Position numbers and translations under genes: made by a program
Notes under the pieces: model-generated
What the model saw: the letters and a program-made list of their open reading frames with translations, nothing else
Database searches by the model: none
Told to the model about the DNA's origin: nothing
DNA from: Prasinococcaceae sp. CCMP 1430
Taxonomy: Eukaryota; Plantae; Prasinodermophyta
Reading direction: 5' to 3'
Assembly: GCA_013416795.1 (NCBI GenBank)
Contig: RQSC01000009.1
Coordinates: 1 to 64,000, forward strand
Length of the DNA: 64,000 bases
Shown: positions 34,625 to 45,293 of the stretch, in pieces
Layout of the letters: every line of letters begins with the position of its first letter
Numbering within the stretch: the stretch's first letter is position 1

Positions 34625-37600
34625 GCCTCGTGATGGGCCTGGACATGTGCCTCGGCGCTCGTGGCAACCTGCTCGAGCCCAGCTCGGAGCTCTGCTCCCA
34701 GGTGCACGTGGAGTCGCCGGTGGTCAACGAGGCCGAGCTGGAGAAGATCAAGGCGGACGAGAAGCTCGGCGCCGTCACCATCCCCATCTTCTTCAAGAAC
34801 GACGGCCCCGGCTCCATCAAGAAGGCGCTCGACGAGATCTGCGCCACGGCCGCCGCCGCGGTTGAGGACGGTGCGCAGCTCATCGTGCTCTCCGACAAGC
34901 GGGCGTACGCCGACTACTCCGCGGACGAGGTGAACATCCCCGCGCTGCTCGCGTGTGGCGCAGTGCACCACCACCTCATCTCGAAGGGCCAGCGCGCGAG
35001 CACCTCCATCGCCGTGGAGACCGCGCAGGCGTTCTCGACGCACCACATGGCGTGCCTCGTTGGCTACGGCGCGAGCGCCGTGTGCCCCTACCTGGCGCTC
35101 AGCACCTGCCGCTCGTGGTGGGCCTCGAGCAAGACGCAGTCGTTGATGAAGCGCGGCAAGGTCCCGCAGATTGACATGGACGGGGCGCAGGAGAACTTCC
35201 GCAAGGCGCTCAACGCCGGCCTGAAGAAGATCCTGTCCAAGATGGGCATCTCGCTGCTCTCGTCGTACCACGGCGCGCAGATTTTCGAGGCGTACGGCAT
35301 CGGCGGCGACGCGCTCGATACGGGGTTCAGGGGCTCCGTCTCGCGCATCGGCGGCATGTCGCTCGACGACATCGCCAGCGAGGCGGCGACCTTCTGGAAC
35401 CGCGGCTTCACCGACGCGTCGGCCGACAAGTACAAGCTGCCCAACTTCGGCTTCATGATGACCCGCCCCAACGGCGAGTACCACGGCAACAACCCCGAGA
35501 TGTCGAAGCTGCTGCACACGGCCGTGCGCGACGACTCCGCTACCGCGTACGAGACGTACGTGGACCACCTCGACAACCGCCCGACCAACGTCCTGCGCGA
35601 CTGCCTCGACCTTAAGAGCGACGCCGCGCCGGTGCCCATCGACGAGGTCGAGTCGGTCGGCGACATCATGTCGCGCTTCTGCACGGGCGGCATGTCCCTC
35701 GGCGCCATCTCGCGCGAGTGCCACGAGGTGATTGCCGTGGCGATGAACCGCCTGGGCGGCAAGTCCAACTCCGGCGAGGGCGGTGAGGACCCCATGCGCT
35801 ACGTGCCGCTGGAGGACGCCTCGGAGGACGGCAAGTCGCCCTCGTTCCCGCACCTCAACGGCCTGAGGAACGGCGACGTGGCCACCAGCCGCATCAAGCA
35901 GGTGGCCTCCGGTCGCTTTGGCGTCACGCCCAACTTCCTGGTCAACGCCGACCAGCTCGAGATCAAGGTCGCGCAGGGCGCCAAGCCCGGAGAGGGCGGC
36001 CAGCTCCCGGGCAAGAAGGTGTCCCCGTACATCGCCATGCTGCGCCGCTCCAAGCCGGGCGTGCCGCTCATCTCGCCGCCGCCGCACCACGACATCTACT
36101 CCATCGAGGACCTCGCGCAGCTGATCTATGACCTGCACATGATCAACAAGAACGCCAAGGTCAGCGTCAAGCTCGTGGCCGAGGCTGGCATCGGCACAGT
36201 CGCGAGCGGCGTGGCCAAGGCCGGCGCGGACATCATCCAGGTGTCTGGCCACGATGGCGGCACGGGCGCGTCGCCGGTGAGCTCGATCAAGCACTGCGGT
36301 GGCCCGTGGGAGATGGGCCTCACCGAGACGCACCAGACGCTGCTCGCAAACCAGCTGCGCGACCGTGTGATCGTCCGCGCGGACGGTGGCTTCAAGGGTG
36401 GCCGCGACGTGCTCGTCGCCGCTGCCATGGGCGCGGACGAGTACGGCTTCGGCACGATCGCAATGATCGCCACCGGCTGCATCATGGCGCGCATCTGCCA
36501 CACCAACAACTGCCCCGTCGGCGTGGCTTCGCAGCGCGAGGAGCTGCGCGCGCGCTTCCCCGGCACGCCCGACGACGTGGTCAACTTCTTCCAGTTCGTG
36601 GGCGAGGAGGTGCGCGCCGGCCTGGCGGAGCTCGGCATGCGCAGCATGGACGAGCTCATCGGCCGCAGTGACGTGCTGGTGCCTCGCAAGGACCTGGACC
36701 TTGCCAAGACGTCCGGCCTGGACGTGAGCTTCCTCACGCAGTACAACGACGAGAAGCACTCGACCTCGTCGGAGCGCGTCGCCCAGCCGGCGCACGGCCT
36801 CGGTGACGTGATGGACGACGAGATCCTGGCAGACCCGGCCGTGCAGAAGGCCATCGAGACGGAGGGCGAGGTGACCGTGGTGAAGGACGTGTGCAACCTG
36901 GACCGCGCGTTCGGCGGGCGCATCGCGGGCGTGATCGCCAAGGATTACGGCGACAACAGCTTCGCGGGCGCCGTCAACCTGGAGCTGACCGGCGCGGGCG
37001 GCCAGTCGTTCTGCGCGTGGTCGGTCGACGGCATGAACGTCACGCTGACGGGCGAGGCCAACGACTACGTGTGCAAGGGCATGGCGGGCGGCGTCATCGC
37101 GATCAGGCCGGACCCGACGGCGCCGTTCAAGGCGGCCGACGCTTCCATCATCGGCAACACGGCGCTGTACGGCGCCACGGGTGGCCACCTGTTCGCCGCC
37201 GGCCGCGCGGGCGAGCGATTCGCGGTCCGCAATTCGCTGGCGACCGCCGTGGTGGAGGGCACTGGCGACCACTGTCTCGAGTACATGACGGGTGGTTGCG
37301 TGGCGGTCATCGGCAGCGTGGGGCGCAACGTCGGCGCGGGCATGACGGGCGGCATTGGCTACTTCCTCGACGAGGACGGCACCTTCCTCGATCGCGTCAA
37401 CGGCGAGATCGTCGAGGCGCAGCGCGTGGTGACGGCGGACGGCGAGGCGCAGCTCAAGGGCATGCTCGAGCAGCACGTGGCCAAGACGGGTTCGGTGCGC
37501 GCGCAGGAGCTGCTGGACAACTGGGCCGATGCGCTGCCCAAGTTCTGGCAGCTGGTGCCGCCGTCGGAGGCACAGACGCCCGAGGCGTCGCTCGAGTCCT

Positions 37601-37653
37601 CGAGCGCCTCCAGTCTCGCGCCCGAGCTCATTGGCGCGGGCGCCTCGGCGTGA
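33007..37653 (+). CDS. GLU1: Ferredoxin-dependent glutamate synthase (Fd-GOGAT); transit-peptide exon lost in gap
   Basis: CAG acceptor at 33004-33006. Mature start ERDA|CGVG; motifs [53 protein letters not shown] (3Fe-4S), GXGXG domain. No fused beta subunit. Confidence 0.97.
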
Positions 37654-37988
37654 GTGGTCCGGCGTGTTGCAATCTTGTGTTGCGAGTCGCGGGTTGTAAA
37701 AAGTCTAGTCACGAACTCTTGTTGCCGCACACGCGCGCCCGCCGATCGCAGCGACAGCGCTAGCTGCGCAGTGGGCAAGAGAGTAGTGTGCAAGTTGAAC
37801 AAGGCCTGGGGATTCGATCCCCGCACGAACCTCGCGTGTCTGTGGTTTTTTTTTGTTACGCAGCTCGACGGCGAGCGTTGGTCCTATTCCCTTCTCCCTT
37901 CATCTTTAAAGTACATACAGCGACAAGTGTGCTCCTTCTCAAGTGCTCCTCCCTACGCTCCCCTCGCCATTGTGACAGTTCGGGCCAC

Positions 37989-39899
37989 CTACGCGCCTTT
38001 TGTCTCCGGCACGAAGGCGAACACGTACGAGGTCGCCGCGAGGCAGACGCACGAGAGCACCGTGAACGCCCCGGACACGCCACACGCAGTCATCAGCGGC
38101 AGGAAGTTCCTCCCCACTACGCTCACGCCCAGCCAGTTCGCGGCGGTGCACGCCGAGGCGGCCGTCGCGCGAATCTTGGCCGGGAACAACTCGGTGAACA
38201 TCAGGTACGGCAGCGGGCCGGCGCCGCACGCGAAGAAGAACAGTGCCAAGGGCGCCACGGCGACGGCCACGAGAGGCGCGCCGACCGTCGACGCCACCGC
38301 GAGCGCGCCCATGCTCAAGGCCATGCCACCGAAGCTACCCATGAGGAGCGCCCGCCTGCCGAGCCTCTCTGTGAGGAACAGCGCGGTGATGCAGCCCAGT
38401 AGGTTCGCTGCGCCCGTCGCCAGGGCGGCCAGCTCGGGTGCGGCCACACCGACGTCCTTGAAGATGGTCGCGGTGAAGAAGACGAGCGAGTTGGCGCCAG
38501 ACAGGGCCTGGAAGGCCGACAGGCCGATGCCCGTGAGCACCAGACGCCGGTACTTCGGATTCCGCAGGATGTCAACCAGGGTCGTCGATCCCGCCGTGGC
38601 GCTGGATTCCGCCTCCGCACACGCGCGAGCCTCATTGTCTGCGTCAATGTGCGAGACGCCGCGGGTCTGGCGCAGCGTGCGGGCCGCCGCGGCGATCCGG
38701 CCGCGCCTGGCGAGCCACTGCGCCGTCTCGGGCGTCGTACCGAGCGAGGACATCGCCAGCGAGCTGGCGGCGAGGCCCGCGGCGAGCATGAAGATCGGCC
38801 TCCACCAGAACATCTCAAGACTGCCCAGCGCCATGGCTTGCGCGCCGTTGTGCGCGGCGGACTTGATGAGCGTGCCAGCGGACAGCGCCGAGACCTGGCC
38901 GATGACGAAGGCCGCGCGCGATGTGACCGCCAGCCGCGCGCGCATCGAGGGCGGAGCGAGCTCGCCCACGTACAGCGGCACCAGCATCGACGCGAGCCCT
39001 GAGCCCAGCCCCGTCATCAGGCGCCCCGCGGCGAACACCCCGACATCGGTGGCGGTGCCGCAGAGGGCCGCGCCCGAAGCGCAGATCAACAGCGACAGGC
39101 GGAGAGCGCCCGAGCGTCCGAGGGCCTCGGCAGCCGTGCCAGCGCACACCGCCCCCCAAAGGCCGCCGAAATCGTTCATGGTCACGACGAACAGCGGCAA
39201 CGTGTTCGCGCACAGCCCGAAGGTGTTCCCGATGCACGAGAGCGGGATGTTGATGCACGCGCCGAAGTAGCCAAACAACCAGCTGCCGACACACGCAATC
39301 GCGGCCGCGGCGCCCAGCGCCACCGTCAGGCGCCCGTCGCCTTCGGCGCCGGCAGCGCCGGCTTCGTCGGCGGCGGGCGAGTCCGAGACGAGCGCCGCGC
39401 CCAAATCGAGCTCCGGGAGCGGCCTTTCGGGAGGCGGCAGCGTCACCTCGAGAGTGGAGAGCTCGCGCGGCGCGATCCCTCCCCCTTGGACCCCTAGCGG
39501 ATCGTATCCCTCCGCATCCGACCGTGCGCCATCCGCTGACAGCTGCAGCGGGTCATACGCCAGCGTGGCCTCGTCAGGAGCGCCGAGCGCCGTTTCCACG
39601 CCCGTCTGGGGGGCGATCGGGCCGGAGTTGCCGTACGGGTACACCTGCGCGGCCGGGGTGGCCACGAGCGGCTCGGTCTCGTCGTAGGGGTACAGCTGAC
39701 CCCCCGCCGGGCCTGCCGTGTCCACGGTGTGGATGGCCGCGGCGGTCGCCGTTGCCTCTTCCGGGTACAGTCTATCCATCGCCGCGAGGTTGGTCTGGTG
39801 GGACGCCGGCGGCGCGACGGTCTCGGGAGCCACCGCCTCTCCCACCGCGTCGGGTGGCGTGGCGCCATCGCCGTCATCGAGCGGCGCTGGCGCCGCCAT
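37989..39899 (-). CDS. MFS sugar porter (pGlcT-like), long acidic N-terminal extension
   Basis: Motifs: LFGY, GRLMTGLGSG, PLYVGELAP..RARL, PETAQWL, FQALSGAN, ELFPAKIR, VPETKG. The 5' end may extend into the gap. Confidence 0.9.
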   Translation of the reverse strand: MAAPAPLDDGDGATPPDAVGEAVAPETVAPPASHQTNLAAMDRLYPEEATATAAAIHTVDTAGPAGGQLYPYDETEPLVATPAAQVYPYGNSGPIAPQTGVETALGAPDEATLAYDPLQLSADGARSDAEGYDPLGVQGGGIAPRELSTLEVTLPPPERPLPELDLGAALVSDSPAADEAGAAGAEGDGRLTVALGAAAAIACVGSWLFGYFGACINIPLSCIGNTFGLCANTLPLFVVTMNDFGGLWGAVCAGTAAEALGRSGALRLSLLICASGAALCGTATDVGVFAAGRLMTGLGSGLASMLVPLYVGELAPPSMRARLAVTSRAAFVIGQVSALSAGTLIKSAAHNGAQAMALGSLEMFWWRPIFMLAAGLAASSLAMSSLGTTPETAQWLARRGRIAAAARTLRQTRGVSHIDADNEARACAEAESSATAGSTTLVDILRNPKYRRLVLTGIGLSAFQALSGANSLVFFTATIFKDVGVAAPELAALATGAANLLGCITALFLTERLGRRALLMGSFGGMALSMGALAVASTVGAPLVAVAVAPLALFFFACGAGPLPYLMFTELFPAKIRATAASACTAANWLGVSVVGRNFLPLMTACGVSGAFTVLSCVCLAATSYVFAFVPETKGA

Positions 39900-40000
39900 C
39901 CCGGGGCCCGCGGCGTCGACGGCGGTCGCGTTCCGCCTCCTGCTGGTGGCCCTCGAAGCAGCGAACCTGCCCCTGCGCGCGATGCGCGCACCGCGCGCGG

Positions 40001-40594
40001 NNNNNNNNNNNNNNNNNNNNNNNNNNNNNNNNNNNNNNNNNNNNNNNNNNNNNNNNNNNNNNNNNNNNNNNNNNNNNNNNNNNNNNNNNNNNNNNNNNNN
40101 NNNNNNNNNNNNNNNNNNNNNNNNNNNNNNNNNNNNNNNNNNNNNNNNNNNNNNNNNNNNNNNNNNNNNNNNNNNNNNNNNNNNNNNNNNNNNNNNNNNN
40201 NNNNNNNNNNNNNNNNNNNNNNNNNNNNNNNNNNNNNNNNNNNNNNNNNNNNNNNNNNNNNNNNNNNNNNNNNNNNNNNNNNNNNNNNNNNNNNNNNNNN
40301 NNNNNNNNNNNNNNNNNNNNNNNNNNNNNNNNNNNNNNNNNNNNNNNNNNNNNNNNNNNNNNNNNNNNNNNNNNNNNNNNNNNNNNNNNNNNNNNNNNNN
40401 NNNNNNNNNNNNNNNNNNNNNNNNNNNNNNNNNNNNNNNNNNNNNNNNNNNNNNNNNNNNNNNNNNNNNNNNNNNNNNNNNNNNNNNNNNNNNNNNNNNN
40501 NNNNNNNNNNNNNNNNNNNNNNNNNNNNNNNNNNNNNNNNNNNNNNNNNNNNNNNNNNNNNNNNNNNNNNNNNNNNNNNNNNNNNNNNNNNNNG
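40001..40594. other. Assembly gap (N-run)
   Basis: Run of N. Confidence 0.97.
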
Positions 40595-41803
40595 GAAAAA
40601 AAAAAAAAAAAAACGCAGAGCACTTTCGATTCGGAAGCGGGCCTTTTCCTTTTCGCCCCTTTTCGTTTTCGCGCGGGGCTCCGTCCGAAAACCCGAACCG
40701 TTCCGCCGCGTGCCGGGGCCGACGCCCGCCGCGCGGCGGCAGCGAAATATCCGCCCCCGCGGCGGGAGCGGGCGCAACGTCGAATATCGAGTAAACAAGC
40801 GACGGGAAAGGCATCCAGCCAGCATTTTGTGTCGAACCCTGATTTGCGAAGGGGGGTGAGAGAAACCCATACTCGGGCGTTTGGAAAAAACAGCGGGTCG
40901 GAAGCGCGCGCGTTCGCCCCCGCGGCGAAGCGGGCTTCGGTCGGTCGGTTGGGACGGTGTCCAGCCGGCCAGGCGCCGCCTGCGCTTCCTTGGGCTCGGA
41001 TCCGTGCGTGGGCCCGGGCGCGCGCGGGAGCGCGCCGCGCGCGCGCCGCCGGACAAGGCCGCCGACCCGGAAGTGCCGGCGCCCCGGCCGGGCAGTGCCC
41101 GACCGAGAAATCGGCGTGGCAAATCTGAGCGCGCGACTGGCCGACCAACCAACCACGGGCTCAACCCACCGAGAGTACCTTCACCCGCCATGCGGCCCGG
41201 GCTGCGACGATCGATCAGACCTCCGCCCGGCCGGATCGGGGTGTGGTGTGCCCCTTCGGTTTTCGCCCGCCTTCGCACGTGGTGGATTCCGCCCCCACGT
41301 GGGGTACACGTTCCCCCACGAGCATGCACGGGGCGCATCACACGTTCACATGCATGCAGCTGACGCTGCTGACTCAGAGTATCCCGTGGTTCGCATATAC
41401 GTCGAAGCCCATGAGATCATCACGAGAGCGCGGCGCTGCCCTCCTTCGGAGTTCGGTGGCACGTGTACTGTACTGGACACGCACGCTGCGCGCGCGGCCT
41501 GAAGCTTCTGCCTTTGGACAGCGGGGAGGCCAGCCGAGGCGGCCCACTGTTTTTCCTGCGCGGATTTTCGGCGGATATTTGCGTGCGGAAATACAAAACA
41601 AATTCGGAGCAGGAAAAAAGCGCAGCATCAAACAAACCCTGGATCCGGAACGGACGGTTTGAACCCTTAAACCCAAACCGAAAGGCCACGTCAGCGCCGG
41701 CGCGCGGCGCGGCGCGGCGCGGCGCAGTGCGGCGCGACGGCGCGTGGGTGGCGCGCGGCGACTCGTGGGCGCGCACGCCGCGCGCGCGCGGGGAGAGGGG
41801 GGA

Positions 41804-43411
41804 ATGGAGGGGCGCGACGGTCAGGGGGTGGGGAAGGTGGGCGCTCTCGGGCGGGAGCTCGCCGCGTGCTCGGCGCGGTATGCGCTGCGGCGCGAGCGCG
41901 CGGCGGGGGACGAAGGGGCCGAGGAGGCGAGCGACGATGACGAATGGGAGGCGCTCTTCGAGGCGCGCGTCGCGTGCACTGGCCCCGAGTTCGCCGCGCT
42001 GTGCGAGCGGCTCGGCCTCCCTGCCGACGACACTCGAGTGCCGCTGAGGCTCACGCTGCTCGCGCCTGACGAGTATCCGGACTGCCCTCCCATCGACGCC
42101 GCGCTCGCCGAGTCGCCGCTACGCGAGCGCCTCCCCGCCACCGCCGTCGAGGCTGCAGAGGCAGCGCTCGCCTCCGAGGCCGAGGCCGCCGCAGGCGGGG
42201 CGCGCGCGCTGCGAGGGGTCCTCCGCTGGGCAGAAAACTACCTCGGCGAGTGCCTGCTGACCGCGCTCGGCCCAGAGGCCCTCACGGGCAGCGCAAGCGA
42301 CGCCGGCAGCGGGGCGCAGCCTCTCGGGGATGAGATTGGCCGCCGCGCGCGATCTAGGCCCAGCCCCTCCGCCGAGAGCGCTGTGCTGAGCGGTTCGGAC
42401 TTCGTGGTGAAGCTCGACAACCTGTCGATGTACAACGTCGACGCGGCCGAGTGCTCGAGCGCGCGCGTGCAGCTGTCTTGCGGGGGGTGCGCCGCAGGGG
42501 GTGCCGAGGCGAGCCTTCTCCTCGGGAGCGGTGGGGGCGCGGCGGTGTGGCGGGGCGCGTGCGATCGTTGCGGCTCCAAGGTGGACGTCTCCGCGGGCGC
42601 GGCCGTCATGCACGAGGCGTCGAATCGACTCGTGCGCTTCGACGTGTCAAACAAATGGCTCCCGCGCAAGCTCGCGGGAGTGGTGCTCGGCGCGGCGTGC
42701 TCTGGCTGCTGCTCGCCGGCGGCGTTCCGCTTCGATCCGAGCGCAGGAAACACCGCAGTTGTACGATGCAAACGCTGTCACACGGAGCTTTGCATAAAGT
42801 ACAGCCGCGCGCTCATCGAGGAGTACGCCTGCAGCAGCGGCAGCGCGGTGGGGACGGCCGGCAGCGTGGGCGCGGATCGAGGTGGCAGAGGCGGGACGCA
42901 GCACGGTGACGGCAGCGGCGGTGACGGTGCCAGGGGTTCTTTCAAGTTGACAAAGGGCGCGCCCCTGCCGGCTGCGGGAGTGTGCTCGCACTACCGCCAC
43001 TCCCATCGCTGGTTCAGATTCCCGTGTTGTGGTGGGCTATACCCGTGCGATGTGTGCCACGAGCTCACTGCATCTGCGTCGGAGAAGTGCCTCATGTCTC
43101 CCCGGGCGTCCCGCCAAGTGTGCGGCTTCTGCTCGCACGAGCAACAGGTGTCGCCGTCGTGCAGAAATTGCGGCGAAGTGCTCACAGGTGGGGGCATTGG
43201 CGGCAAGGCGCATACGCGCTTTTGGGAGGGCGGGCAGGGCGAGCGCAACCAGGCGCTCATGTCTCGCAAGGACCAGCGCAAGTACAAGGGACAGGCCAAG
43301 CACAGCAGCAAGGGCAAGACGCAGTCGGCAAAAGCCTCGCGCGTTGGCGCCACGAGGAGCTCGCGCGCCAAGGGTGCGAACGCCACTGCCAGGGAGGGCA
43401 CGAACGACTAA
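41804..43411 (+). CDS. CHY-type zinc-finger protein (possible RWD-like N-terminus, central CxxC pairs)
   Basis: CSHYRHSHRWFRFPCCGGLYPCDVCHE..VCGFCSHEQ..CRNCG..FWEGGQG..MSRKDQRKYK. The N-terminus has PDEYP. Confidence 0.82.
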   Translation: MEGRDGQGVGKVGALGRELAACSARYALRRERAAGDEGAEEASDDDEWEALFEARVACTGPEFAALCERLGLPADDTRVPLRLTLLAPDEYPDCPPIDAALAESPLRERLPATAVEAAEAALASEAEAAAGGARALRGVLRWAENYLGECLLTALGPEALTGSASDAGSGAQPLGDEIGRRARSRPSPSAESAVLSGSDFVVKLDNLSMYNVDAAECSSARVQLSCGGCAAGGAEASLLLGSGGGAAVWRGACDRCGSKVDVSAGAAVMHEASNRLVRFDVSNKWLPRKLAGVVLGAACSGCCSPAAFRFDPSAGNTAVVRCKRCHTELCIKYSRALIEEYACSSGSAVGTAGSVGADRGGRGGTQHGDGSGGDGARGSFKLTKGAPLPAAGVCSHYRHSHRWFRFPCCGGLYPCDVCHELTASASEKCLMSPRASRQVCGFCSHEQQVSPSCRNCGEVLTGGGIGGKAHTRFWEGGQGERNQALMSRKDQRKYKGQAKHSSKGKTQSAKASRVGATRSSRAKGANATAREGTND

Positions 43412-43489
43412 GAGGCGCCTCATCCCTAGCTGCCGCCGCGTGCACCTGCTATGTAATAATTAATGGCCGCTCAATATGCGGGCGGCTGC

Positions 43490-44130
43490 TCAGCCTGCTC
43501 GTCGCCTGCCTCGCGACGCTGCGGCGGCACCCGCGCCGCTGCCTGCTTCGCGCACCTTTTCCCTCGCGGCGGCTGCCGCCGCCTCCTTGCCTGGCATGCC
43601 ATCAAGCACGCGCGCGAGGAGCGTCATCACCGCCGCTTGCACGCCATCGCCAGTCAGTGCCGAGCAATCGACAAAGTCGAGGCCGTGCCTGTCTGCCCAC
43701 GCCTGCGCCTCGGCGCGGTCGACCGCGCCCCCGCCCTTGTCCGCCTTCGTGCTCACCAGCACGCCTTGCAGGCGTTCTGCGCCGTGCCGTTTGGCCTCGG
43801 CCCACCACTCATCGAGCTTGTCGAAGGTGGCGCGTTTGGCCGGGTCATACACGACGAGCGCAGCCTGGCTGTCGGCGTAGAACTCGCGGCGCACGAGATA
43901 CCACTCCTTGGCGCCCGCCATGTCCCATATGTTCAAGCGCACGTCGAAGCCGCCGAGTGCGACGGGCTTGACGCCGAAGTCGATGCCTATTGTCGACACG
44001 TGCTTCGTGGTGAAGCGGTCCTCGCAGAAGCGCTTGATGAGCGAGCTCTTGCCGCAGCCGACCTCGCCCATGGTGATGAATTTCACACGCACGCGGGTGG
44101 CGCGCCGCGACGCCGCCGGAGCGCCGTCCG
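43490..44130 (-). CDS. Rab-like small GTPase, RJL/DNAJC27-like without J domain; start unresolved
   Basis: GEVGCGKSSLIKRFCEDRF, STIGIDFGVK, WDMAG (no catalytic Gln), EFYADSQA, TKAD, SAL. No C-terminal prenylation motif. Confidence 0.8.
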
Positions 44131-44577
44131 CGCGCAGGCCCGCGGCGGATGCATCCGCGCCGGCGCGCGCGCGCGGCCGCCGCCGCAGCCGCCCTGCCCT
44201 CAGTCCAACGCACCCCGCCCTACCCAACTCCGCCCTCCTCTACTCCCCTCGCTGTTATTCGCCCCCCCCCCCCGGTAGGGGGGCGGCGGCGATTGGGGGG
44301 GGGGTGAGGGCGGGGAGGATGGGCGCGCTCTGTGCCCCTCCCGACCCAACGCGCCTCCTCGCTTCTCGCCGCCTGCGCCCGTTGACCCGGCCGGCCTCCG
44401 CGGAACCCGCGCCGCATCAAACGACACGTTCGAACTTTCAACTTTTTCAAAGGCACCCTGCCAGGTCAGAATGAACTCGAAGCTCGTGTTTTTGTTCTTT
44501 TTTTTTTTCTGGCTCTGGCGCGCGGCGCCGCACACCGCGCGCGCGCCGCGCGGCGCGCCGCGGGTGGCTGGCGCGCG

Positions 44578-45096
44578 ATGACGCTCTGGGAGCTGCTCGT
44601 GGTGGGCGTGCTGGCCACCAATGCGGCGGCGATTCTGCACGAGGAGAGGTTCCTCGCCAGGTGTACGTCGGCGGCGCGGGCGCGCCGCGGGCGCGCCAGC
44701 GCGCTGCGTGGGGCGCTGGGCGCGCTTCGCGCGTGCGGCCGGGTGAGCGGGTCGGGCTGGCGACAACAGCAAGAGCGAGTGCTGCTGTTGCGGAGCCGCA
44801 GGCCATTGTGTGCACGGCTCGCTGACGTCAAACGCAAACACACCCGCGCATGCGTGTGCTGCCGCCCCTTGCCTCTCCCTCCACTTCTCGCTTCCACGCA
44901 CCACCGCATGACCGCGCTGCGTCGGGCGGGCTGGCGCGCAGATGGTTGGGGCTTCCAACAGCTCGGCCAGTCCGCCGCCGAGGTCGGCCCATTGAAGTAC
45001 CAGGCCATCAGTGCCATCCACGCCGCCACCTACTTCCAGTTCCCGCTCATCTTTATCAACAGCCTCGTCATTCTCGTCAAACTCGTCTTCGGCTAG
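44578..45096 (+). CDS. YOS1: Yos1/IER3IP1-like ER-Golgi small membrane protein, 2 exons
   Basis: Exons 44578-44662 and 44942-45096 give NAAAILHEERFLARYGWG...LKYQAI..FPLIFINSLVILVKLVFG. Confidence 0.88.
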   Translation: MTLWELLVVGVLATNAAAILHEERFLARCTSAARARRGRASALRGALGALRACGRVSGSGWRQQQERVLLLRSRRPLCARLADVKRKHTRACVCCRPLPLPPLLASTHHRMTALRRAGWRADGWGFQQLGQSAAEVGPLKYQAISAIHAATYFQFPLIFINSLVILVKLVFG

Positions 45097-45293
45097 GGGA
45101 GGGGGCGCGAGATGCGGGACCAGCCGAGCCGCTGCACAGCTGTCGAGGGCCGCGCAGGGTGACGCAGCCCCGGCGGCGAGCGAGCGCCCTGGCAAAGGGA
45201 TGGGCAATGAATATTATGTACACACATGTAATAGCGGCGGCGGAGATGTCCAGGCGCAGCGCAGCGCCGCCGTGCGCTGCGCGCCACCGTGAC

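Noticed and set aside
32935-37476. 1513-aa minus-strand ORF
   Set aside because: Antisense shadow of GOGAT caused by high GC3 codon bias; no recognisable motifs.
39900-41341. Long ORFs spanning the second gap
   Set aside because: Artefacts of translating Ns; the flanks look promoter-like with A/T runs.
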